Origin: an uncultured Candidatus Rokubacteria bacterium
GTDB lineage: Bacteria; Methylomirabilota; Methylomirabilia; Rokubacteriales; CSP1-6
Reading direction: 5' to 3'
Length of the DNA stretch: 64,000 bases
Assembly (NCBI GenBank): GCA_963754315.1
Contig: CAVWFS010000005.1
Span: forward strand, 197,936-261,935
In this document: piece by piece, positions 9,642 through 19,822 of the stretch
Position numbering within the stretch: the stretch's first letter is position 1
Layout: the number at the start of each line of letters is the position of its first letter
Notes under the pieces: model-generated
Seen by the model: the letters and a program-made list of their open reading frames with translations, nothing else
Told to the model about the DNA's origin: nothing
Databases searched by the model: none
Position numbers and translations under genes: made by a program

Positions 9642-10067
9642 CTACCGCACGACCGAGCGGCAGTAGGCGTACAGCGCGTCGTACATGGGAAACTGCCGGG
9701 CCATGTTGTCGAAGTCGTCCCGGGTGATCGCCTGAAACCCTGTCGCCGCCGCGTACAGCCCGGACGATTCCGGCGTCAACGTGCGGGCGTCGGTGTCGGC
9801 TCCTCTCACGATAGGGGCCAGGGCCTGGAGCGCCGGATCGTCCAGCTTGTATTCATCCAGGAACGCGTCGAACGAGCAGCGCTCGCCGTGATGTCCGAGC
9901 CGGACGCCAGGGACGTCATACGGGGTGGCCCCTTCCCGCTCGGCCACCGCCATCACTTGCGGAGCCGGGACGAACAGGAACGTCGGATCCGTGTCGATGA
10001 AGCGTGTGATCAGCCAGGGGCAGGCGATGCGATCGACACGGGCTCGCTCACGAGTGACCCACTTCAT
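9642..10067 (-). CDS. Short chromate-resistance protein (ChrB C-terminal domain, ChrF-like)
   Basis: MKWVTRERARVDRIACPWLITRFID, HHGERCSFD and YDALY. GGAGG RBS. Confidence 0.85.
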   Translation of the reverse strand: MKWVTRERARVDRIACPWLITRFIDTDPTFLFVPAPQVMAVAEREGATPYDVPGVRLGHHGERCSFDAFLDEYKLDDPALQALAPIVRGADTDARTLTPESSGLYAAATGFQAITRDDFDNMARQFPMYDALYAYCRSVVR

Positions 10068-10078
10068 ACGTTTTCCTC

Positions 10079-11203
10079 CTATCCTCTGATCGAGAAGATC
10101 AACAGGCCCACGGCGGCGCCGGCGGCGATGAGCACCGGCTCCGGCACTTTGAACCGCCACACGATCCCGAGGGCGACCACGGCGATGAGCACGGTGGGGA
10201 GGTCGGTGATCGCCCGTCGCGCCAGCACGTAGCACGCCCCCGCGATGGCTCCCGAGGCGGCGGCGGTGACGCCGCCCACGAAGGCCTTCACCTTCGGGTT
10301 CTCGCTGAATCGGTCAAACCACGGAAACGGAATCACGACAAACAGATACACGGGCAGGAACACGCCGATCGCCGCCGCCACCGCCCCCGGGAAGCTCGCC
10401 ACCAGGTAGCCGACGAAGGCCACGGTGATGACAATCGGCCCCGGGGTCAGCATGGCCACCGCCACCGCGTCCAGAAACTGCTTGTCGTTCAGCCAGCCGT
10501 ACTGCTGCACCACCCCGCCGTAGAGAAAGGGCACGATGGCCAGCCCGCTCCCGAACACGAAGGCCCCCGCCTTCGTGAAAAACCACAGGATCTGGCCGAG
10601 GATCTCGGGGGTGACAACCACCGCCAGGCATGCCGCGCGGGGCCGACGCAGGAACGCCGGCGGCGCCTGCGCGACCAGGGCCACCACCCCGCACAGGATG
10701 AACAGCCAGCCGATCTCCGATTCGGTCCACGCCGTCGTCACCGCCATGACGGCGAAGATCGTCCACTGCAGGCGGTCCTTCGCCATCGTCAGCTTGGCGA
10801 GCTTGTAGGCGGCGATGGTGATGATGCCAATGACCGTCGCCCCGACGCCGTAGAACGCCGCCTGCATCCAGGCCAGCCCGCCGAAGCGCACGTAGAGCCA
10901 GCTGATGGCGAGGGTCATCACGAACGATGGCAAGATAAAGGCCAGCGCGACCAAGGTCGCGCCCCGCACCTTCGAGTGCACGTATCCGAGGCAGATCGCG
11001 AGCTGGGCCGCCAGCGGGCCAGGGGCGAGCTGGGACAGGGCGAGGGACTTCGTGTACTCGTCCTTGGTGAACCACCCGCGGCGCTCCACCAGATCGCGCT
11101 GCATGTAGCCCACCAGAGCGACCGGGCCGCCGAACCCAAGGCTGCCCAGGTACAGGAAATAGCGCAGCAGATCGGCGGTGCTCGGACGCCCCGGTGTCTT
11201 CAT
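10079..11203 (-). CDS. chrA: Chromate efflux transporter
   Basis: Two CHR domains: GSLGFGGP..., QLAPGP; GAFVFGSG..., MLTPGP. Confidence 0.92.
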   Translation of the reverse strand: MKTPGRPSTADLLRYFLYLGSLGFGGPVALVGYMQRDLVERRGWFTKDEYTKSLALSQLAPGPLAAQLAICLGYVHSKVRGATLVALAFILPSFVMTLAISWLYVRFGGLAWMQAAFYGVGATVIGIITIAAYKLAKLTMAKDRLQWTIFAVMAVTTAWTESEIGWLFILCGVVALVAQAPPAFLRRPRAACLAVVVTPEILGQILWFFTKAGAFVFGSGLAIVPFLYGGVVQQYGWLNDKQFLDAVAVAMLTPGPIVITVAFVGYLVASFPGAVAAAIGVFLPVYLFVVIPFPWFDRFSENPKVKAFVGGVTAAASGAIAGACYVLARRAITDLPTVLIAVVALGIVWRFKVPEPVLIAAGAAVGLLIFSIRG

Positions 11204-11220
11204 CGATGCCTCCCGCAGCA

Positions 11221-12183
11221 TCATCGGGACTCGCCCTCGGCGTACGCCGTATAGACCAGATCGAAGAGGGTGATGGCTTGCTTGAGGAGGTGGTCGTCGT
11301 CCCGGCTCCGCTGCCGAGCGCCAGCCAGCAGCGTCCCCAGGCCCGGGGCGTCGCTCACCGGGAGTCCACCCACGTCGAGATAGTGCACCGCCTCGGCCAG
11401 TTTCAGGAGGGCCGCGTCCCCCTCCAGCCCGAAACTCCTCAGCATCACCTCGAAGGTCACGCGCGTGTCGACGTGCGTGAACGGGGCCCCGTCGAAGTCG
11501 AACCCCACTGCCCGCTTCGGCAGGTCCGCCGGCTTCTCGAGCCAGACGAACGACGCCCCAGGGTCGATGTGCCGCTTGATGAGCCAGGCGCAAGCGAGGC
11601 GGTCCACCCACGGGGCCCTGCGCGTCGCCCACACGCGGTTGCGGTACCGGGCCCGGTCCAGCCGTGGAATCGGGCCCTGCGCGGCGCGGGGCTCGCCGGG
11701 TTCCAGGATCTCCTCCGCAGCCGCCTCGGCCTCGTTGAGCGCCGATTCCACCTGAACCTTGGCTTCGCCGGGGAAAAAGTCGATGGCGGCGAGCGCCTCG
11801 AACTGTCGCCGGAGCGTCCTCATCTGCCGGCGAAGAGCGGCCGGGTCCTGCGTGGATGCAACCTTGCGGGCGTTCGCGATCTCACCGGCAAGGTCGGCGT
11901 ATTCCTTGGTCCGATCGAACAAGCCGCGCAGCGCGTCTGCCTGCTCCGCGTCGCGCGCCACGATCCGGAGCACGTGGGCGCTGCCGCCGGCTGCGTCGAT
12001 CTCGGCGGCCAGTCGCGCCAGAACCTCTTCCAGGTCGGGTCGGTCCGGAATCACGTAGACGCCATCGCGGAGCACCACGGCCCCCGTCGTTTTCAGGGCC
12101 CGCCACACGCGCATCCGCTCCGTGGCGTTCTCCGTGGGAAGGCTGATGACCAGCTCCAGCCAGTTGGCGGCAGTCTCTGTCAT
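11221..12183 (-). CDS. chrB: Chromate-responsive regulator
   Basis: RMRVWRALK..G...LRDGVY N-domain, AIDFFP, and WATR..PWVDRLACAWLI C-domain. Confidence 0.9.
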   Translation of the reverse strand: MTETAANWLELVISLPTENATERMRVWRALKTTGAVVLRDGVYVIPDRPDLEEVLARLAAEIDAAGGSAHVLRIVARDAEQADALRGLFDRTKEYADLAGEIANARKVASTQDPAALRRQMRTLRRQFEALAAIDFFPGEAKVQVESALNEAEAAAEEILEPGEPRAAQGPIPRLDRARYRNRVWATRRAPWVDRLACAWLIKRHIDPGASFVWLEKPADLPKRAVGFDFDGAPFTHVDTRVTFEVMLRSFGLEGDAALLKLAEAVHYLDVGGLPVSDAPGLGTLLAGARQRSRDDDHLLKQAITLFDLVYTAYAEGESR

Positions 12184-12219
12184 GTAGTGATTTCTACACT
12201 AGTGTAGTGATCATGTCAA
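12183..12219 (-). promoter_or_regulatory. sigma70-type promoter with palindromic operator for the chr operon
   Basis: Minus strand TTGACA (12219-12214), 17-nt spacer, TAGAAA (12196-12191). Inverted repeats TGTAG-N6-CTACA and perfect CTACACTAGTGTAG (12194-12207). Confidence 0.7.
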
Positions 12220-12374
12220 TACTAAAGTTAGGCCCGTCGCCCGTCTCGCTGGTCCCCGGGCTTAAGGGCGGCGAATCCGCGGCGGCGACCTTGCCGCCTC
12301 TCACGGACCGGCCGCGCGCTTCCAATCCCTTTGAGCGCTTTGACGCGGCCGGAGTGCCCTGCTAGGCTGCGCCA

Positions 12375-13538
12375 TTGACCAGCCCTTTCGTTCCCGGTTC
12401 GTCGCTTCGGATCGTGGGTGCACCGGGGGGACCTCTTGCCAGCCTGACGTTTGCCGCCAAGGATCTCTTCGACGTGGCCGGGCATCCGACCGGCGGTGGC
12501 AACCCGGACTGGGCCCGGCAGTATCCCCTTCCGTCGCGTCACGCGTGGGCGGTGCAGCGCCTGCTCGATGCGGGGGCGACCTTGATCGGCAAGACCGTCA
12601 CCGACGAGGTCTCCCTCGGCATCCTCGGCGAGAACCCCTTCCACGGTACGCCGTTCAATCCGAGGGCGCCTGAGCGCACGCCCGGCGGATCCTCGTCGGG
12701 CTCTGCCTCGGCGGTGGCCCAGGGTCTCTGCGATGCTGCCTTGGGGACCGACACCGGCGGATCGGTACGCGTGCCAGCGAGTTTTTGCGGACTTTACGGC
12801 ATCCGACCTACCCACGGCCGGCTCGACCTCGCCGGCATGATGCCGCAGGCGCCCAGCTCCGACACGACCGGATGGTTCGCGCGCGATGCCCACACCTTCA
12901 CCAAGGTTTCGGAGGTGTTGCTCTCGGAATCCATCCCGACCGGCTTGCCGACCAAGCTCGTGGTGGCTGTCGATGCCTTCGGTTTCGCGGATGGCGAGAC
13001 AGCGGCGGCGCTAGAACCAATGGTGGGCAAGCTCTCCGCGCTGGTGCGGGAGGTCCGCGAGGATCTCCTGGCGCCGCCGGGCCTGTCGGTGTGGTCGCGC
13101 GCGCAGCGCACCTTGCAGTCCCACGAGGCCTGGCTCACCTTCAGGGATTGGCTCGATCGCGATAACCCGCGCTTGCAGTTCAGCGTGGCACGCGGCCTGG
13201 CCCTCGCCAGCACCATTCCCGAGAGTGAGCGGCAATGGGCGGCGTTGATGCGAGACGAGGCGCGCGCTCGGCTCGCCTGGCTGCTTCCGCCCGGAACCAT
13301 CCTGTGTCTGCCGACTACGCCCTTCCCCGCCCCCGCGAAGGGACTCCCGCTCGGGACGCTCGACCCCCTGCGCGCGCGAATCAGCTGCCTGACGTCCCAC
13401 GGAGGTCTGACCGGTGTGCCGCAGGTGAGCCTCCCGGGCGCGACTGTTGACGGGCTGCCCGTGGGGCTTTCCATCCTCGGTGCGCGCGGCAGCGACGCCG
13501 CGCTGGTGGCGGTGGCGAACGCGATGGCGGCCAGCTAA
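12375..13538 (+). CDS. Amidase (amidase-signature family)
   Basis: KDLFD, GGSSSGSA and GTDTGGSVRVPASFCG. Confidence 0.92.
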   Translation: MTSPFVPGSSLRIVGAPGGPLASLTFAAKDLFDVAGHPTGGGNPDWARQYPLPSRHAWAVQRLLDAGATLIGKTVTDEVSLGILGENPFHGTPFNPRAPERTPGGSSSGSASAVAQGLCDAALGTDTGGSVRVPASFCGLYGIRPTHGRLDLAGMMPQAPSSDTTGWFARDAHTFTKVSEVLLSESIPTGLPTKLVVAVDAFGFADGETAAALEPMVGKLSALVREVREDLLAPPGLSVWSRAQRTLQSHEAWLTFRDWLDRDNPRLQFSVARGLALASTIPESERQWAALMRDEARARLAWLLPPGTILCLPTTPFPAPAKGLPLGTLDPLRARISCLTSHGGLTGVPQVSLPGATVDGLPVGLSILGARGSDAALVAVANAMAAS

Positions 13539-13657
13539 CCAACCCGAAGTGGCCCTCGGACGGCGCTGCCTTGTTGGGCGCGCTTTCTATTTGACGATCG
13601 AGATGTTGAGGTTCAATATACCTGAAAGGTAGACAGATTTCTAGCACGTGAAGAAAG

Positions 13658-13897
13658 ATGCTGAGTATAAAGGATAAAGAGGTTTATACCCTCGCGCGGA
13701 GCTTGGCCCGGGAGACCGGTGAGAACATGACCGCAGCGGTCAGGCAGGCCCTCCGGGAGCGCCTTGAGCGCGTGCGGCGGCGACGACCGAAGACCGATGA
13801 ACTGCTAGCGATCGGTCGCAGGTGCACGGCGGCGCTCAAGGCTCCTCCGGTGGACCATGGTGAACTCCTCTACGATGAGCGTGGCCTGCCGCGATGA
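13658..13897 (+). CDS. vapB: Type II TA antitoxin, VapB family
   Basis: LSIKD...LAR.LA..TGE.MT.AV..AL.ERL...LYDERGLP. Overlaps vapC. Confidence 0.88.
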   Translation: MLSIKDKEVYTLARSLARETGENMTAAVRQALRERLERVRRRRPKTDELLAIGRRCTAALKAPPVDHGELLYDERGLPR

Positions 13898-14283
13898 TCG
13901 TGGATAGCTCTGCGCTGCTGGCGATCCTCTTCAGCGAGGACGATGCGGATCGCTACGCCGGCGCGATCACCGAGGCGGAGTCTTGCCGCATCTCGGCCGC
14001 GACGTTCGTCGAGTCGGCGGTCGTGGTCGATATGCAGACGGCGGAGACTGGAGGCCGGCAACTCGATACCCTTCTGCGCCGGGCCGGGATCCTGATCGAG
14101 CCGCTCACCGAGGAGCAAGCCCATGTGGCTCGCCAGGCCTACGCTGATTTCGGCAAGGGCCGGCATCCAGCGGGCTTGAACCTCGGGGACTGTTTCTCCT
14201 ACGCGCTCGCCAAGGTCAGCGGCGAGCCACTGCTCTTCAAGGGCCAAGACTTCAGCCAGACCGACATCACCTCGGCCCTGTGA
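13894..14283 (+). CDS. vapC: Type II TA toxin, VapC PIN ribonuclease
   Basis: MIVDSSALLAIL..E, GKGRHPAGLNLGDCFSYALA and LLFKGQDF. Confidence 0.92.
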   Translation: MIVDSSALLAILFSEDDADRYAGAITEAESCRISAATFVESAVVVDMQTAETGGRQLDTLLRRAGILIEPLTEEQAHVARQAYADFGKGRHPAGLNLGDCFSYALAKVSGEPLLFKGQDFSQTDITSAL

Positions 14284-14439
14284 GACGCAACGAGAAGCGT
14301 CGCGGCATCACGACGGCCTCGAAGGACCGTCGCGGATCCGAATCGGGGCGCAAAGGCTAGCTCACGCTTCCACTGACGCCAGCTCAAGGACACACGGTGG
14401 TATTCTCGGTCCGACAGTGCTGAGCGGGAGGGAACCTTC

Positions 14440-15489
14440 ATGAGCCATCGGATCTTGTTCGTGGGCGCAGGCGCGGTGGGAAGCTATCTGGCGTCGTTCT
14501 TTGCTCGGGCCGGGCACGACGTGACCGTCATCGACTCCTGGCCCGAACAGGTGGAGACCATTCGCCAGCGCGGAGTCTCCGTCACCGGGCCGCACGAGCC
14601 GTTCACCGCGCGCTTCAAGACATTGCACGTGCACGAGGCCCAGCAACTCGGCGCGGACTTCGACATCGGCGTCGTCGCCATGAAGTCCTACGACACCGCC
14701 TGGGCCGCTCACCTCCTCGCGCCGCACGTGAAGCCCTCGGGCATCGTGATCTGCGCGCAGAACTGCTGGAACGATCCTCTGGTGGCGTCGATTGCCGGGC
14801 CGGAGCGCACGGTGGGGCTCATCATGTCGGGCATCTCGGTGGCGATGTGGAAGCCGGGCGAGGTCGAGCGCGGGGCAGAGCGCGGCGCCGGCCATGTCGT
14901 GTTCCGGGCGGGCTCGCCTGATGGCCAGAGCACGCCGCATCTGCAGGCGGTCGCCGATCTCCTCTCGGTGGTCGATGCCGCGCAGACTACCGACAACCTG
15001 TGGGGCGAGCGCTGGGGCAAGCTCTGCATCAATGCCATGGGCAACCCCGTGCAGTCCATGACCGGTCTCGGCGGTCGCGACATTGCTTCGGAGCCCCGTG
15101 GCCGCGAAATCACCATCCGGCTGGGCTCGGAGTCGGCGCGCGTGGGCCTGGCCCTCGGCCATCGCGTCGTGAAATTCGGGGCCGCCCCGGCGGAGCAATG
15201 GGCCGAGGCCGGGACGAACCGCGACACCTACCGGGCCATCGACGCCGCCATCGTCCCCAAGGCCAGCTCCACCCGAAACTGGCGTTCATCCATGGCCCAG
15301 GACGTGATCAAGGGCCGCCGCACGGAGATCGAGTTCATGAACGGCTTCGTGGTGGCGCAGGGCAAGGAAGTCGGGGTGGAGGCCCCGGTGTCGAAGGCGG
15401 TGGTCGAGATCGTGCGCGAGATCGACTCCAAGCGCCGGAAACCGTCGCCCGATCACATCGAGGACGCGCTGAAGAAGGCCGGGCACTAA
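14440..15489 (+). CDS. Ketopantoate reductase family oxidoreductase
   Basis: GAGAVG, MKSYD, WGKLCINA, SSMAQD and TEIEFMNG. Confidence 0.85.
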   Translation: MSHRILFVGAGAVGSYLASFFARAGHDVTVIDSWPEQVETIRQRGVSVTGPHEPFTARFKTLHVHEAQQLGADFDIGVVAMKSYDTAWAAHLLAPHVKPSGIVICAQNCWNDPLVASIAGPERTVGLIMSGISVAMWKPGEVERGAERGAGHVVFRAGSPDGQSTPHLQAVADLLSVVDAAQTTDNLWGERWGKLCINAMGNPVQSMTGLGGRDIASEPRGREITIRLGSESARVGLALGHRVVKFGAAPAEQWAEAGTNRDTYRAIDAAIVPKASSTRNWRSSMAQDVIKGRRTEIEFMNGFVVAQGKEVGVEAPVSKAVVEIVREIDSKRRKPSPDHIEDALKKAGH

Positions 15490-15576
15490 CCTGGAGGAGC
15501 CCCTGAAGCGGCTGCTCCAATTGGTGTTCTGATCTCGGCGTCCGCGGCTCGAGCTGTGTCCATCGTCGCTGCGCCA

Positions 15577-17043
15577 TCAGCGGCTGGGCGCCGGGCGTGC
15601 GGGGCCGTCCAGGAATTCGAGAATGTCGGCACGCTGCTGCTCCAGCACCTTGGTGGCGGCGGTGGCCAGCAACTCGCGGTCGCATTTGGAGGGGATGTAA
15701 AAGCGCGTCGGGATCTGGGCGACGCGCTCTACCACGTCGGCGGGGGTCCTCAGCGGCGGCGACTCGCCACGGCACGCCTCGGGCAGATCGGAGAGATCGG
15801 CCCGCCACTCTGCGTCGATATGGCGGAGCAGGATGACCCGCGCCGTGTCGCGATTAGGGAACACCTCCTCGAACTGCAGGGTGTTGAAGAACAGGGCCTG
15901 ATAGGTGGTGGCTCGCTCTTCCATGATGCTGGGAATCCGCGAAAGGTCGAAGGTCAACAGCGAGAACGGCTCCGCCCGACGGTTGAGCCGCCGGTCCCCC
16001 ACCGAGAACGGAAATGAGCTGTCGAAGGCCAGGATGAGCATCCGCCGCGCCTTCTTCTCTTGGAGTTGGTTCAGGAACACGAACAGGAGCGACTCGATGC
16101 CCTGGTTTTCATAGAGCCCGCCGTCCCCGGCGTGCCAGTAGGTCTCCTCGCCTCGGACCCGCAAGGTGATGGGGCCGACCAGCGGCGGGAATGAGGCCGA
16201 CGCGGTAACCATCGCGGCCAGGCGCATCGGGCACGGGTCCATGTTGATCTCGAGCGGCGTCATGGGACGCAGTAACTCCCAGCGTTTGATCAGCATCGGC
16301 GGGATCTCTGCCCGGCGCCCCTGTCGCGCCAGCGACTCCCGTAGCGCCTGGGAGAAGTCGTAGCTAAATGCTTCCGACGGCAAGCTGGTCGCCGCCATGC
16401 GGCGCCCGTTGTTGTAGAGCGTGGTGTTGACGACCAGCCCCGGCGTGTCCCCGGCTGCCTGCCGCTGGCTCAAGTCCCCCTGGGTCACTCCGCCCAGCAG
16501 GCGCTCGGTGAGAATCTCGAACAGCGAGGTGGCGGCAAGGGATGAGTTCAGCCAGCGGAACGAGCCGAGCTGGCGCCAGATCAGCGCGCTCTCGAAGTCC
16601 TGGCTCAGCTTGACTCGATACTCGTCGAAGAACGCGCGGTAGGGGTCTGACAGGCCAGCGGCGGACGTGAGCACCGGTACGTCCTTCGGAGGCTTGTTGA
16701 TGGCGTAGTAGCTGGCGGCCAGACTGCCCCCCGAGACGCTCGACAGGAGCGAGACCTGCTCGAGCAGTGACGATCCGGCCGCCGTCCGGACACTGCTCAG
16801 CGCCTCGAGGCCGGCCGCCCCGTAGAGCGCGGCGCGACTGCCACCACCGGAGAGGGCCACTCCCACCAGCACGTCGCGCTCCGGCATGGGCACCAGACAG
16901 GGCGTCTCAGAGGTCGCGCGCGCCACCTCGTAGACCCGCGCCGTCGCGCATCCGGTCAGGAGCAGCGCGCCGATCAGCCAGCCAGTGGCGCGCGCCATTG
17001 AGAAGAGTAGCTTCGTCAGTTCCATGGGTCGTGTCCTGGTCAT
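15577..17043 (-). CDS. Patatin-like phospholipase, probable lipoprotein
   Basis: LSGGGSRA, SSVSGGS, ASASFP and DGG motifs. Lipobox LLLTGC. Confidence 0.85.
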   Translation of the reverse strand: MTRTRPMELTKLLFSMARATGWLIGALLLTGCATARVYEVARATSETPCLVPMPERDVLVGVALSGGGSRAALYGAAGLEALSSVRTAAGSSLLEQVSLLSSVSGGSLAASYYAINKPPKDVPVLTSAAGLSDPYRAFFDEYRVKLSQDFESALIWRQLGSFRWLNSSLAATSLFEILTERLLGGVTQGDLSQRQAAGDTPGLVVNTTLYNNGRRMAATSLPSEAFSYDFSQALRESLARQGRRAEIPPMLIKRWELLRPMTPLEINMDPCPMRLAAMVTASASFPPLVGPITLRVRGEETYWHAGDGGLYENQGIESLLFVFLNQLQEKKARRMLILAFDSSFPFSVGDRRLNRRAEPFSLLTFDLSRIPSIMEERATTYQALFFNTLQFEEVFPNRDTARVILLRHIDAEWRADLSDLPEACRGESPPLRTPADVVERVAQIPTRFYIPSKCDRELLATAATKVLEQQRADILEFLDGPARPAPSR

Positions 17044-17142
17044 CGGAATCTCCTCAGAGATCGAGCGTCCGGCGTGGCGGAGCGCCATATCGTACCGCAC
17101 CACATCCGACACTCGCCACGCCCAGCGGGGGCTGCCTAACCT

Positions 17143-17240
17143 CCGAAGTTCGAACTGACGATCAACCTCAAGACCGCGAAAGCTCTCGGCATGATGCTGC
17201 CGCCCTCCGTGCTCGCGAGAGCGGATCAGGTCGTACTAGC
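17143..17240 (+). pseudogene. C-terminal remnant of an ABC transporter substrate-binding protein
   Basis: Reads [31 protein letters not shown], with no upstream coding part. Confidence 0.65.
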
Positions 17241-17509
17241 GACCGACCGCCGGTTGACGGTGGTCGTTGGGCAGCCCTCGTGACGGGCGACGGAGCAACA
17301 TGAAGCGAGCCCTGACCAGACTGGCGGCGGGCGTCGTGCCCCTTTGCCGTGTCCCTTGGCGCATAGGCGCAGCGACCGACCGATGTCCCACGCATAGGGT
17401 TTCGCAGCGTCGCCGCTCCGAAATCTGCACAGTACCGGCAAGGGCTACGCGAGCACGGATACGTTGAAGGCGCGAATTAGAGCTCCGGGTGAAGACGAAA
17501 GGCACTCCC

Positions 17510-19502
17510 CTACTGATACAGGACAATGGTGTCGCTGCGCACGGCCGATGTCACGCCGGCGTCGTTGCGCAACTGGAGGTAGACACGCTTGGTTGCGGTG
17601 CCGGGGCTCAAGGTAAAGGTCGGTACGGGGGTATACAGCAGCCAGACAGCGCCCGCGAACGTCGATGACTCGCTCGCCCGGTACGCGGTGGGCGCCGTGT
17701 CGCCGGTGGCGACGTGGTTGAGGGTGACGGTCGGGCTCGTGGTGCTCCCGGCTCCCCCGTTGATGGCGAAGGTGCCCAACACGGGGGCCGGCTCCAGGAG
17801 GTTGATGGTGTCGCTGCGGGCCGTGGAGGGTCCGGCCTGGTTACGCGCCTGGAAGTACACGCGTTTCGTCGCGTTGCCCTGACTCAGCAGGAAGGTCGGC
17901 GCCGAGGAGTACGGCAGCCAGACAGCGTCCGCGAACGTCGCCGACTCGCTCGCCCGGTACTCGCGACGGGTTGTTCGAGGCGGTATGGTTCAAGGTGATC
18001 GTGCGGTCGGTGGTCGTGTTCGCGCCGCCATTGAGGGCGTACGCAGTGACGTTCGGCGCGGGCTCACTGAGCGTAATGGTGTCACTGACCACCGTGGACT
18101 CGTCCAGGGAGGCGTTGCGCACCTGGAAGTACACCAGCTTGCTCCCGTTGGCTCCAGTCATCGAGAAGGTCGGCGCCGCGGAGTACGGTGCCCAGGCCGC
18201 GCCGGCGAAGTTGGCCGCCTCACTGGCCCGGTATTCGGTCGGGGTGCCGCTGACGGCGTTGCTCAGGGTGACGACGCGATTCGCGGTGCTGGTCGCCCCA
18301 GAGTTCAGCGCAAAGCTGAGGATCGTCGGCGGCGTGTCCGGCGGCGGCGGGCCGCCGGCGCCGCTCAGCCCGGCGAACTGATAGATCTGCACGCCGAGCC
18401 GCCCGGCCGCGAAGTACGCCAGGTCCCCCTCGATTCTCACGCCCATGATCTGGCCCACCACCACGCCATGGGGGTCCACGGGGTCCACGGGGAGCGTCGC
18501 CACGTTCGTCATGGCAAGGGGATTCCTGACGTCAACGACGTTGAACTCGCCGGTGTTCCGGCCGCCGCCGTAGACCAGATAGTCGCCGCCCGCGCCGAGC
18601 GCGAGCCCCCCCTGGTCGATGCCGACGAACGGGATCGTCGACGGTATGTAGCCGCACGCGGGGCAGGTCGCGTGGGCCGTTGACACGTCCGGGCTCAGGG
18701 ACAAGATGGGCACCGTGTAGATGCCGGAGGCGGGCCCGTACGCGCTCAGCATGAAGATGACGGCGCGATCGGGGTCGACGTCGACCTTGACGTCGACCTT
18801 GAGGACGTACGGCGCGTAGTGCGTTCCCCGGAAGACCGGCGAGCGCGCATTGGAAACGTCGTGGTAATAGATCCGGCCATAGGCCCAGTCGGTCGTGATC
18901 AGGATGCTGCCCTTCACTGTGGCGCCCGAGGCCTTGGCGTTGCCCGCGGTGACGTAGGTGTTGAGGTTGTGCAGCCCTGTCGCGTCGGGGCCCGGTGTCC
19001 TCCACGCCGGAAGCCCGAGGACAGCGTGCCGCACGGGGTTGGTGGGATGTTCGATGTCGAACACGTAGAGCTCGCCCGCGAAGCTCGGCACGAACGCGAC
19101 GTTGTCCTTGAGCGCGACGTCGTAGGCGTACGGCGCGGGCCTCGTGGCCACCAGGACCAGCGCGTCGGGATCACTGATATCGACTACGCGGAATCCGCCC
19201 GTGACCCCGGCCAGATAGGCGTACTGCCCCCGGACCTTGATGCCCATGTTGGCGCTGGTGGTGGGCAGCGAGCCCCGCGGCTGCATCGTCGAGAGGTCGA
19301 CCACGGTCAGTCCCGCGTCGGTGGCCACGTACATGAAGCCGTCTTTGAGGTCGAGGTCGTGCGCCACCGAGCCGATGGGAACCGTCGTCAATCGATTCAA
19401 CGGCCCATCCGCGGACGCCGGGACCACCCCCGCGACCACGATGGCGGCGAGCGCGAACATCGTCTGAAAAAAAGCTCTCTTCGGCGTGTCACCTGTCGAC
19501 AT
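17510..19502 (-). CDS. Secreted LVIVD-repeat beta-propeller protein with three C-terminal beta-sandwich-like repeats (frameshift near 17970)
   Basis: Signal peptide. YAYLA..GFRVVDISDP-type repeats. Three repeats of F/YALN.GA.ST....TL....YRASE...FA.A.W..Y...PTF...K.VY.Q.RN. Confidence 0.75.
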
Positions 19503-19794
19503 TCTGGTCTCACTCACTCTCGGGGTATGGGCAGATAGGCTCGGATGCGAACACGTTCGCGCAGAGTATCGCAATGGGTAACCCGGGTGGTGTAGCAACC
19601 GCAGCGCCAGCACTGGCAAGCAGGAGAATTGGGGGGTTCCTGCGCTGGCCGCCAAAAACAAGCCCACGGAGCTACCGTTTATGGGTGAGGCACAGGAGAT
19701 TTTGGGAGGTGGGTCGCAGCGCCGAGTCAGTTCGCGTCTGGTCGTCGAGGGAGCCAAAGTCAGAGGTGCTTCAGAATTTCGCGGATCGATCGAG

Positions 19795-19822
19795 TTGACA
19801 GATCAAGAAGACTTGATATGAT
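19795..19822 (+). promoter_or_regulatory. ars promoter with ArsR-type operator
   Basis: TTGACA (19795-19800), 16-nt spacer, TATGAT (19817-19822). Inverted repeat ATCAAG-N4-CTTGAT at 19802-19817. Confidence 0.7.

Noticed and set aside
10079..11632. N-terminally extended ChrA (similarly MFS 23863, MarC 45876, GNAT 23559, RRM 6866)
   Set aside because: The extensions overlap neighbouring genes in another frame. Better downstream starts exist, several with clear RBSs.
13629..13644. TAGA-N6-TCTA upstream of vapB as an operator
   Set aside because: Plausible, but the arms are too short to support from sequence alone.
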